Shown here piece by piece: positions 38,534 through 46,645 of a stretch of 64,000 nucleotides of DNA (positions within the stretch are counted from its first letter, which is position 1; every line of letters starts with the position of its first letter). Origin of the DNA: Deltaproteobacteria bacterium. Lineage in GTDB: Bacteria; Myxococcota; Kuafuiibacteriia; Kuafuiibacteriales; Kuafuiibacteriaceae. The position numbers were made by a program, and so were the translations under genes. The notes beneath the pieces were generated by a model. That model was not told the DNA's origin, made no database searches, and was given only the letters and a program-made list of their open reading frames with translations. Where the stretch lies: positions 1-64,000 of the forward strand of contig JAVJQW010000041.1 in NCBI GenBank assembly GCA_040218735.1, in the 5' to 3' direction.

Positions 38534-39220
38534 GTGCAGGGCGTTCTCGACTTCCCTATCCAGCACGGCGGTGCTCGGAAGAATGCGGGCCGGAAGAAAG
38601 GCAAAGGGCGAAGGAACGTCGAGCACCGGCGGCGCGAGTCCATCCCCAAGGGCGCTCCCGTGCACGTGACGCTCCGGGTCTCGCGGGCCGTGGGGAACCT
38701 TCGGAGCAAGCGGCGCTTTCAGCCGATCAAGCAGGCGCTACGCGACGGCGCCGAGCGCTTCGCGTGCCGCCTCGTGCACTTCTCCGTGCAGAAGAATCAC
38801 CTGCATCTCCTCGTGGAGCCCCGGGACCGACGGTCGCTCATGCGCGCGATGAAGGGGCTTCAGGTTCGGCTGGCGCGGCGCCTGAACAACACGCTGAAAC
38901 GGCGCGGGCAGGTGTTCTCGGACCGGTACCACGCCCATGTGCTGCGCTCGCCTCGGGAGGCGCGGCACGCAATCGCGTACGTGCTGCTCAATGCACGCAA
39001 ACGCGCCGCGCAGGGTGGCCATACGCTACCCGAGCGGTGGATCGATCCGTACTCGTCCGCGCGCTGGTTCGACGGGTTCGAGGGTTCGCGGGCGCCGCCG
39101 TCGCGGGAGGCGCGCATCGGTGGGCCGCCCGGCGTTTGGCTGCTGCGGAGGGGGTGGCGCGACGCTGGACCGATCGCCATCGACGAGGTTCCAGGCCGAC
39201 GCCTACGCGCGCGGCGGTGA
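38534..39220 (+). mobile_element. REP-associated tyrosine transposase (RAYT; Y1 HUH, IS200-like superfamily)
   Basis: 'VHVTLR', HUH motif 'FSVQKNHLHLLVE', 'GQVFSDRY', catalytic Tyr in 'YVLLN', 'DPYSSA.WF'. Confidence 0.88.
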
Positions 39221-39275
39221 GGTTCGCAAGGTGCCTTGCGCGCGCTCAGGGCGGCGCGCGGCGCTCCTGTTGCGT

Positions 39276-40487
39276 ATGCCGCGACGGAGGTTGGCTCAAG
39301 ACGAGCCACCTGGCTCTGATTTCAACTTCCTCGGCGCGACCTCGACTAAGCTCGGACTTCAGATGGCCGACGCCTTCGCTCGCCTCGAATGCGCCGCGGG
39401 ACGGCTGGGGTCCGATGTGACCTCGACAGGTTCGCGGGTCACCGTCACCACGGCCTTTGGGCGCACCGTGACCCTCGACCGACTCGCGACCACGATCGCG
39501 ATCGCCGTGAGCTCGCCGCGGCCGCACGCGGGTGCGTTCCTCGTGCGGCGCGCCGTGCACTGGTCGAGCCCCCAGGCGTCCTCGCGGGTGCGCACCGGCG
39601 ACGTTCGCTTCGACGGCGTGCTGTCCTGCCACGGCGATCCCGAGGACGTTCACACGCTCCTCGGACCCGACGAACGACGCCTCGTCGCCGCGCTCTTCGA
39701 AGCACACCCTGCGCTGCGGTTCCTCGTCGCGCCGCGCCGCGTTCGTGTTCACGTCGCCGACTGCCTCGACACCTCGTCGATCGTCGACGTCGTTCGACGC
39801 CTCGAAGCGCTGAGCGACATCATGACCGTGCGCGCCGACGGGCTGTTCGGTCGACTCCTCGCCAAAGCGCTCGACGATCGTGCGCCCCGCGCCCGGTCGA
39901 TCGCCGTGGAGCTCCTGCTCGCGCGGGTCATCCCCTTCTCCACCGCCGAACGCATCGTGTGCGAGCAGCTCGCGCGCTCCGACACCCTCCCGTCCCGACT
40001 TCGCGTCGACGCGATGATCCGACTGCGCCGACACCCCCCTGACGACACACGAGCCACCATGCAGTCGCTCCTCTTCAGCCTCGAACCGACCGTCGTCGCC
40101 AACGCCGTTCGCTTCGCCGCCGAAGACGACGACTTCGATGCGCTCGATGCCATCGTTCGCTGCGCGACGAGCGCCGACGCCGAGGTGCGCCGCGCCGCCG
40201 CCTGGGCGCTGGGGCGATTCGGCGGCGACGCCGCGGAGGTCGCGCTCATCCACCTCGCACCCACCACGCGCGAAGCCGTGGAGGCGCTCGGCTTCGTCGG
40301 CGGGTTCCGCGCCGTCGCCGCGCTCGAGCCGCTCACGCGCGGGGTGCGCCGCTCGGCGACGAGCAAGCGGGTCGCACGACGCGCCGTGCGGCTGATCAAG
40401 AAACGCGTCGGACCCGCCGGGCGCGGCCGCCTCGCGATCGTCTACGACGCCGGCGCGCTGTCGTCGGTGGACGCCGCCTCTTCGTAG
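39276..40487 (+). CDS. HEAT-repeat-containing hypothetical protein
   Basis: C-terminal 'EVRRAAAWALGRFG', 'AVEALGFVG..AVAAL'. Start moved to ATG 39276 to avoid overlap with the transposase. Confidence 0.65.
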   Translation: MPRRRLAQDEPPGSDFNFLGATSTKLGLQMADAFARLECAAGRLGSDVTSTGSRVTVTTAFGRTVTLDRLATTIAIAVSSPRPHAGAFLVRRAVHWSSPQASSRVRTGDVRFDGVLSCHGDPEDVHTLLGPDERRLVAALFEAHPALRFLVAPRRVRVHVADCLDTSSIVDVVRRLEALSDIMTVRADGLFGRLLAKALDDRAPRARSIAVELLLARVIPFSTAERIVCEQLARSDTLPSRLRVDAMIRLRRHPPDDTRATMQSLLFSLEPTVVANAVRFAAEDDDFDALDAIVRCATSADAEVRRAAAWALGRFGGDAAEVALIHLAPTTREAVEALGFVGGFRAVAALEPLTRGVRRSATSKRVARRAVRLIKKRVGPAGRGRLAIVYDAGALSSVDAASS

Positions 40488-40505
40488 AGGTACATCCTCC
40501 GCGGC

Positions 40506-41753
40506 ATGAACATCGACGCGGAACGCCTGTGGCGCTCCATCTCGACCCTCGCCGAGGTGGGCGCCTACACCGACGAAGCGACCGGCCTCGTCGGCGTGAA
40601 CCGACTGGCGCTCACCGACGCCGACCGCGACGGCCGCAAGCTCGTGAAGCAGTGGTTCGAGGAGGCCGGCCTCGACGTCCGCGTCGATCGTATCGGCAAC
40701 GTCATCGCGCGCCGCGCCGGACGCGAAGACCTCGCGCCCGTCATGTCCGGCTCGCACATCGACAGCGTCCCGACCGGCGGCGCGTTCGATGGTGCGCTCG
40801 GGGTGCTCGGCGCGCTGGAGGTCGTCCGCACGCTGAACGATCGCGACGTGAAGACCCGGCGCCCGATCGAGATCGCATTCTTCACGGACGAGGAGGGCGC
40901 GCGCTTCGGCACCGACATGCTCGGCTCCGCCACCGCGGTCGGTCGCCTCGCGCTCGACGACGCCCTCGCGCTCAGCGACCGCGACGGATGCACCGTCGGC
41001 GGCGAGCTCCAACGCATCGGGTTCGCGGGCGACGCACCCGAACGCCTCGCACCACCCCACGCCTACGTGGAGGTGCACATCGAGCAGGGCCCGATCCTCG
41101 CCGCCAACGAACGTGACCTCGGCGCCGTCACCGGCGTGCAGGCGATCTCCTGGCAGGAGGTGACGATCGTCGGAAAGTCCGCGCACGCCGGCACCACCCC
41201 GATGTCCCTCCGCCACGACGCCGGGCTCGCGGCCGCACGCATCCACCTCCAGCTGATGGAGATGATCCACAGCGGCAAGTACGGCGCCGACATGCGCGCG
41301 ACGATGGGCCAGATCGACGTCCACCCCAACCGCATCAACATCGTCCCCTCCCGCGTCGTGTGCACGGTCGATCTCCGCAACCCCTACGACGACCTGATGT
41401 CGAAGGCGGAGCGCGACCTCGCCGACTTCTTCACGCACCTCGCCGATGAGCTCGGCGTCGAGATCACCGCCCGCCAGACCGCACGCACCGCGAGCGTCGA
41501 CTTCGATCCCCGCGTCGTCGAGCTCGTCGAACGGCACATGAAGGCGGCAGGCTTCGACCACGAGCGCATCCTCTCCGGCGCCGGCCACGACGCCCAAGAG
41601 CTCGCCGCGCTCTGCCCGACCGCGATGATCTTCGTACCCGGGCTCTACGACGGCATCAGCCACAACCCGCGCGAGCTCTCCACGAAGGAAGCGTGCGCCA
41701 AAGGGGTGTCGATCCTCTACGAAGCCCTCGTGGAGCTCGCCGAGGAGTCGTGA
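40506..41753 (+). CDS. M20 Zn-dependent amidohydrolase (allantoate amidohydrolase / N-carbamoyl-amino acid hydrolase family)
   Basis: 'GSHIDSVPTGGAFDGALG', 'DEEGARF', 'EVHIEQGP', 'HAGTTPM', 'SGAGHDA', 'GISHNPRE'. Confidence 0.95.
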   Translation: MNIDAERLWRSISTLAEVGAYTDEATGLVGVNRLALTDADRDGRKLVKQWFEEAGLDVRVDRIGNVIARRAGREDLAPVMSGSHIDSVPTGGAFDGALGVLGALEVVRTLNDRDVKTRRPIEIAFFTDEEGARFGTDMLGSATAVGRLALDDALALSDRDGCTVGGELQRIGFAGDAPERLAPPHAYVEVHIEQGPILAANERDLGAVTGVQAISWQEVTIVGKSAHAGTTPMSLRHDAGLAAARIHLQLMEMIHSGKYGADMRATMGQIDVHPNRINIVPSRVVCTVDLRNPYDDLMSKAERDLADFFTHLADELGVEITARQTARTASVDFDPRVVELVERHMKAAGFDHERILSGAGHDAQELAALCPTAMIFVPGLYDGISHNPRELSTKEACAKGVSILYEALVELAEES

Positions 41754-42469
41754 TCGCCGCGCGCATCGCGGCGCTGTGGGGCGCCGAAGCCGTGGCGGAT
41801 TTTCTTCGGCCGTCCGTCTTCCACGTCACTGCCGTTTGGCGTCGACCGGAAGGGCCGCCCGCGGTCCTCCGAATCAACGCCGACACGCCCAAGAGCGCGA
41901 CCGATCGCTTCTCGCTCGAGATCGCGCGCGCCCGCGCTGACGCGATCGTCGCGACCGGACAGATCCTCCGCGACGAACCCGAAGAACGCTTCGCGATCGC
42001 CGACGCCGAGATCCAGGCCTGGCGCCGCACGACGTTCGGCGACACGCCGACCACCCTCGCGGTCCTCACCTCCGGGCGCGCGATCGACTTCGACCACCCC
42101 GCGTTCCACGCCGAGCACCTGAGACCGATCGTCTTCACCGCCAACGCTCGGCTCGAAGCCCCGACGAACGTCGAAGTCATCGTGGACGCCAACGCGTCGC
42201 CGCGTACCCTCATCGCCTACCTTCGTCGCCGCTGCTCGCGGATCTCGATCGAGGCGGGCCCGAGCGCATCGCGCCTCCTCTACGAGGCGCCGCTCGCAGT
42301 CGACGAGCTGCTGCTCTCCACGCTCGTCGCCGAGCGCGTCCCGGCGAACACCGTGGGAGGAGACTTCTTCGCCGAGCCCGAGCTGGCGGCGCGCTTCGCG
42401 GAGCGCTCTACGCCCGTCGTCCGCACGGAGCGCGGGCGGACCTGGCGCTTCGAACGCTTCAGCGCGTGA
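41750..42469 (+). CDS. RibD C-terminal / DHFR-like reductase domain protein
   Basis: 'RARADAIVATGQILRDE', 'VLTSG', 'ISIEAGP', 'VDELLL'; GTG overlaps the upstream TGA. Confidence 0.72.
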   Translation: MIAARIAALWGAEAVADFLRPSVFHVTAVWRRPEGPPAVLRINADTPKSATDRFSLEIARARADAIVATGQILRDEPEERFAIADAEIQAWRRTTFGDTPTTLAVLTSGRAIDFDHPAFHAEHLRPIVFTANARLEAPTNVEVIVDANASPRTLIAYLRRRCSRISIEAGPSASRLLYEAPLAVDELLLSTLVAERVPANTVGGDFFAEPELAARFAERSTPVVRTERGRTWRFERFSA

Positions 42470-42809
42470 CGCGGACGGTCGCCGCGACGCCGTTGGCCTG
42501 CGGGAGGATCACCTTCGTGACCCGCACCTGCACCGCGTCCGCGAGGGGCGCAATGTCGAGCACGTGCTGCCCGATGTCGTAAGCGAGCTTCTCGATCAGC
42601 TTCCACTCGCCGTCGCCCGACAGACGTGTGATCGCGTTCGCGACCGCCTCGTAGTCGACGGCGTCCGACAGCTCGTCGGTCTCGATGCACTTCGTCATGT
42701 CCGTCTCGATCTCGAGATCGGTCGTCACGACCTGCGGGAACGAGCGCTCCTCCGGCTGACAGCCGAGACGAACCGCGTGACGGAGCCCCTGAATCGAGAG
42801 TTGGTGCAT
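42459..42809 (-). CDS. folB: Dihydroneopterin aldolase
   Basis: 'LGC.PEER..PQ...DLEI', 'DEL.DAVDY', 'LIEKLA', 'VRVTK'. Confidence 0.88.
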   Translation of the reverse strand: MHQLSIQGLRHAVRLGCQPEERSFPQVVTTDLEIETDMTKCIETDELSDAVDYEAVANAITRLSGDGEWKLIEKLAYDIGQHVLDIAPLADAVQVRVTKVILPQANGVAATVRVTR

Positions 42810-42822
42810 CGCGCCTCCCATA

Positions 42823-43530
42823 TCACAGGCCGTTGGTGATGCGTGCGAGCATCTCCGTCGCGGGCCCGCGCAGCAGCACTTCGTACGCGTCCGACAGCGG
42901 CGTCGGCTCCGGGTTGATCTCCACCAGCCGCGCCCCCGCCTGCTTCGCGATCAGCGGGAGCTGCGCCGCCGGATACACCACCGCCGAAGTCCCGATCGAG
43001 ACGAGCAAATCGCAGGTCTCGAGCGCCCGCTGCGACGCCTGGATGACGTCCATCCGCAGCATGTCCCCGAACCACACGATGTCCGGTCGTTTGTACGCGC
43101 CGCAGTCCGGACACTTCAGGTCGAGCAGCGGCGCCGCGCGCGACTGTCCTCGCCAGCTGCACTGACCGCACCGCAAACCCCACAACGAACCGTGGAGCTC
43201 GTGCACCGTCTTGCTCCCCGCCAGCTGATGCAGCCCGTCGATGTTCTGCGTGACGACGGTGACCGACGGCAGCGCGCGCTCCGCCGCCGCGACGATCGCG
43301 TGCCCGGAGTTCGGGATGCACTTCGCGACCGCCTCGCGCCGCAGGTTGTGGAACGCCCACACGTGCTCCGGGTCGCGCTCGAACGCCGCTTGGCAGGCGA
43401 CCTGCTCGGGGTCGTACTCCGACCACGTCCCGCCCTTGCCCCGGTACGTCGGGACGCCGCTCTCCGCGGACATGCCGGCGCCGGTGAAGAACACGACGCG
43501 CTCGTAGTCCGCGAGCCTCACGTCGATCAT
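42823..43530 (-). CDS. cobB: NAD-dependent protein deacylase (sirtuin)
   Basis: 'TGAGMSAESGVPTYRG', 'TQNIDGLH', 'ELHGS', CxxC..CxxC, 'RPDIVWFG', 'GTSAVVYPAA', 'EIN'; real start at ATG 43530. Confidence 0.92.
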   Translation of the reverse strand: MIDVRLADYERVVFFTGAGMSAESGVPTYRGKGGTWSEYDPEQVACQAAFERDPEHVWAFHNLRREAVAKCIPNSGHAIVAAAERALPSVTVVTQNIDGLHQLAGSKTVHELHGSLWGLRCGQCSWRGQSRAAPLLDLKCPDCGAYKRPDIVWFGDMLRMDVIQASQRALETCDLLVSIGTSAVVYPAAQLPLIAKQAGARLVEINPEPTPLSDAYEVLLRGPATEMLARITNGL

Positions 43531-44039
43531 GGCGCGCTCCCGGTGGTGCTGGTCGTCGTCGCCGTCTGCGCGCGCGCCTTCTCTATCTTCAACAGCTCGG
43601 CGCCGATGCGACCGTCGGGGTCGTCGAAGCGCCCGCTCTCGAGCTGCACACTCGCGCCCGACGGACCGAAGAGCAGGAGGAACGACGCGTAGCGCGCTTC
43701 GTTCGACACCGCACGCAGCGCCGCGAGCACGTCGAACAGCGCGGTGCGATCCGCGATCGGAATGAAGAGTCGCTCTGCGTCCCCGCCGTGGTCGGCGACG
43801 ATCTGCTGCACCGCCTTCGCCGCCGACGCCGGCGTCGCGCCGGTCGGCTGCACGGTGAGCGACTTCACCGCGTCGAGGTCCAACGCCTTGGGCGCGGGGA
43901 GCGCGGCGAGGTCGAGCTCCGAGACCGACACCTCGGGCATCGGCCGCGGCCACAGGTAGAACGCGGTCACCGCCGCGAGGCCGACGAGATAGACCCACGC
44001 CGCGCGTGCGAGGAGTCGATCGCGTTCGATGGCCCGCAT
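43527..44039 (-). CDS. Hypothetical single-pass membrane protein (weakly ExbD/TolR-like)
   Basis: One N-terminal TM helix; 'LFIPIADRTALFDVLAALRAV'; its stop overlaps the cobB start. Confidence 0.55.
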   Translation of the reverse strand: MRAIERDRLLARAAWVYLVGLAAVTAFYLWPRPMPEVSVSELDLAALPAPKALDLDAVKSLTVQPTGATPASAAKAVQQIVADHGGDAERLFIPIADRTALFDVLAALRAVSNEARYASFLLLFGPSGASVQLESGRFDDPDGRIGAELLKIEKARAQTATTTSTTGSAP

Positions 44040-44054
44040 CGCCGCGGATGATCC

Positions 44055-45134
44055 TCATCGATTCGGGACATGACAAGCGGCGAGGCGCTCGAGCGCCTCC
44101 TGATACCTCGCGATCAGCGGCGCGCCGAACGGCGCGGTGATCGAGCGACGGTCCGCGCGGAGGGGCCGAGGCTGCGTCAGCCGCGCCGCGAGCGCATCGA
44201 CGAAGCCATCACGCGCGTAGCGAAACTCGGGGCCGAACAGCTCCGCGTAGGCGAGATCGTCCGGCACGAGCGGGCACGCCCCGAAGTGCGTGGCCTCCAA
44301 CATCGCGATGCCGAAGAACTCGTGCTGCGCCGTCGACACCGCGAGGTCCGCGCGGTGCAGCAGCGACTCGTACGTCGCGCGGTCCGCGGGCCCGAAGTGG
44401 ACGAGTCGATCCGCGAACCGCTCGGCCGCTTCGTCGAACACGTCCGGCCACCGCCCGTGTCGCGGCCCCGCCACCGCGAGCGCGAAGTCGACGCCTCGCG
44501 CCGCGACCGCCTCCAGCCCGGCGAAGAACGTCCACGGATCCTTGTCGTGCTCCCAGCGATGGTTCCACAGCACCAGCGGCGGCCCCGGCTCGGGGGGCGC
44601 GACCGGCGCGGACGGAAGCTCGAGCGGCACCGGCATCACCGAAGCGCGCGCTTCGATCCGCTCCACGAACCCGGGCGGCACCGCGTCCGGCATGCGCGCG
44701 AGCAGCGCGCGCCCCGCGTCGAGGAACGAACGCAGGTTGTAGGCGCTGTTGAACCAGCACTCCGTCGCCGCGAGGCACGAGACGAGCTGCGTGAACCCGA
44801 AGTGGTGGTCCCGCGGCGCGTCGGTCTGGTTCGGATACGTCAGCTGGTTTTCGTGGAAGTACAGCACCCGCGGTACCTGGGCGAGGGCGGGGCGCAACCC
44901 CACGAGCTCCGCCAGCGGCACGTAGCTGGACGCGAGCACCACGTCCGCGCCGTCGAGCTCGGGGCTCGAAGCGAAGAACGCGGCGCTCCCCCGCATCCGC
45001 CACTTCCAGTGTCGGCCGGGGAGGGTGAGCCGGCGCCAGTCGACGTCGACGCCCGAGAACAGCGCCTCGGCGAACGCCGCGTGGGACCCCGCGAAGAACG
45101 GCTCGACGAACGCGACCTGCACTCGACGGTTCAC
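44055..45134 (-). CDS. GT4 glycosyltransferase with DUF3524 domain (GTDC1/QTMAN-like)
   Basis: 'EPFFAGSH', 'LPGRHWKWRMRGSA', 'YFHENQLTYP', 'FNSAYN', 'WNHRWEHDKDP', 'STA.HEFFGIAMLEA'. Confidence 0.85.
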   Translation of the reverse strand: MNRRVQVAFVEPFFAGSHAAFAEALFSGVDVDWRRLTLPGRHWKWRMRGSAAFFASSPELDGADVVLASSYVPLAELVGLRPALAQVPRVLYFHENQLTYPNQTDAPRDHHFGFTQLVSCLAATECWFNSAYNLRSFLDAGRALLARMPDAVPPGFVERIEARASVMPVPLELPSAPVAPPEPGPPLVLWNHRWEHDKDPWTFFAGLEAVAARGVDFALAVAGPRHGRWPDVFDEAAERFADRLVHFGPADRATYESLLHRADLAVSTAQHEFFGIAMLEATHFGACPLVPDDLAYAELFGPEFRYARDGFVDALAARLTQPRPLRADRRSITAPFGAPLIARYQEALERLAACHVPNR

Positions 45135-45183
45135 GTCGCGGCCACCATGGCGCGTCGTCGATCCGTTTGCCATCATCATCGAC

Positions 45184-46542
45184 GTGCGTTGGTCCCCGCC
45201 GTTGCTGCTCGCGTTGGTGTGTTGCGCGCCGGACCCGGTGACGCTGCGGGCCGACGTCCCCTTCGAGGCGTCGGACGCCAGCGCGATCGTCGCGTTGCTC
45301 CGCCCGAACGAGGCGCCCGAGCTGCGCGCGTTCGTGATCGAGGACGGCGCGATCGAGCCGGCGTGGAACCTCCCCGTCGCGGACGCCGATCGCTGGACGG
45401 TGCAGGTGCTCGTCTACGACGTCGCGCTCGCCGAGCTCGGGCTGGAGGCGGGGGTGGTCGTGCCGGTCACGGAAGGCGCCTCGCGTGCGTTGCCGTCGCC
45501 CGCGCGCATCCTCACGCGTCAGCTCGAGAACCGCGCGCTGCTCGATCAGTGGGAGACGACCGCGCCGATCGACGCCACCGTGGCGACGCTGCGGCTCCCG
45601 CTCGTCTGCACGACGTTCGAGCCGGTCGAGGTGGACCTCCCCGACGACGTCCCCGCGATGTTCCTCGTCGCGCTCGACGACACCCGGCTGCTGATGGGCA
45701 ACCGGGATGGCGCGATGTACGTCGCGACGCCCAACGGCGCGCTCCAGGCGATCACGTCGACGGTCGGCCTCGTCTACGACGCGTTCGCCGACGACGCGGG
45801 TGACGTCTACCTCGCCGCGACGGACGGGCTCGTCGCGCACGCGCGCGTGGTTGCGGATCGCTTGGAGGTGTTGTCGACGGAGTCGGTCGGCAACGACGAC
45901 GTCCTCTACATCGACGGCGAGACCGAGGTCGGCAGCGAGGTGCGCTTCGTCCTCGACACCGAGCGCGCGCAGCGTCGCGACGCAAACGGGTGGTCGCGGA
46001 TCTTCGGGTTCGGTCGTCCGCGTGGCGTCGCGTCGATCGGTGGCGGGCTCGGGCGCGCCGTCGTCGGCTACAACCCCTTCGCCTGGACGTTCGACACGAT
46101 GGACCTCGAAGACAACGTCACCGACAGCACCATCGCCGGCGGCGTCACGACGATCGGGCGGACCCCGATGGGGATCGTCGCGGGCACGGAGTACGGCCAG
46201 CTCTACCGGCGCAACGGCGACGACGACTGGACGTTCCTCGAAGGGCTGGCCCCCGAGCTGCTGCAGATCCGCGGCATCGCGGCCTACGACGACGGCTTCG
46301 TCTACGCGCGGCCGGACGCGGTTCTGCAGGTCGTGGAGGGGCAGGCCTGCCCCTACGTCACACCCGTCTCGCAGCTGGGCGAATCGACCGCGACCGAGAT
46401 CGGGGTCCCGGTGGAGGACGCGGCGCGCGACGGCGGTCGGGCCGAGCTCACCGTCGTCGGCGACGATCTGGCGGCGCTGGTGTGGCGCGGCCCGGAAAAC
46501 GACCGAAAACCGGAGCTTTGGTGGTTTCGACCGCGCAATTGA
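45184..46542 (+). CDS. Hypothetical lipoprotein, probable beta-propeller C-terminus
   Basis: Lipoprotein-like signal (…LLLALVCC) and repeated short beta-strand motifs ('LLMGNRDGAMY', 'YLAATDGLV', 'VAGTEYGQLY'). Confidence 0.6.
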   Translation: MRWSPPLLLALVCCAPDPVTLRADVPFEASDASAIVALLRPNEAPELRAFVIEDGAIEPAWNLPVADADRWTVQVLVYDVALAELGLEAGVVVPVTEGASRALPSPARILTRQLENRALLDQWETTAPIDATVATLRLPLVCTTFEPVEVDLPDDVPAMFLVALDDTRLLMGNRDGAMYVATPNGALQAITSTVGLVYDAFADDAGDVYLAATDGLVAHARVVADRLEVLSTESVGNDDVLYIDGETEVGSEVRFVLDTERAQRRDANGWSRIFGFGRPRGVASIGGGLGRAVVGYNPFAWTFDTMDLEDNVTDSTIAGGVTTIGRTPMGIVAGTEYGQLYRRNGDDDWTFLEGLAPELLQIRGIAAYDDGFVYARPDAVLQVVEGQACPYVTPVSQLGESTATEIGVPVEDAARDGGRAELTVVGDDLAALVWRGPENDRKPELWWFRPRN

Positions 46543-46583
46543 GTCAAGAGTCGCGCAAGGCGTGAAAACCTCTAAAAGTGCTC

Positions 46584-46622
46584 GGAACGTAGGTTGACGT
46601 CGCACGTTCCCGCCTAGAAACT
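46584..46622 (+). promoter_or_regulatory. Putative promoter/operator of the giant-AAA operon
   Basis: TTGACG (46594-46599), 17 nt, then GAAACT; the -35 box is bracketed by the inverted repeat GGAACGT(46584-90)/ACGTTCC(46604-10). Confidence 0.5.
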
Positions 46623-46645
46623 GTTTCGGCTCGGACGGGACGCAG

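Noticed and set aside
38534-39220. IS200/IS605 element with TnpB
   Set aside because: No tnpB follows, and the motifs and length fit the RAYT subgroup rather than IS200 TnpA.
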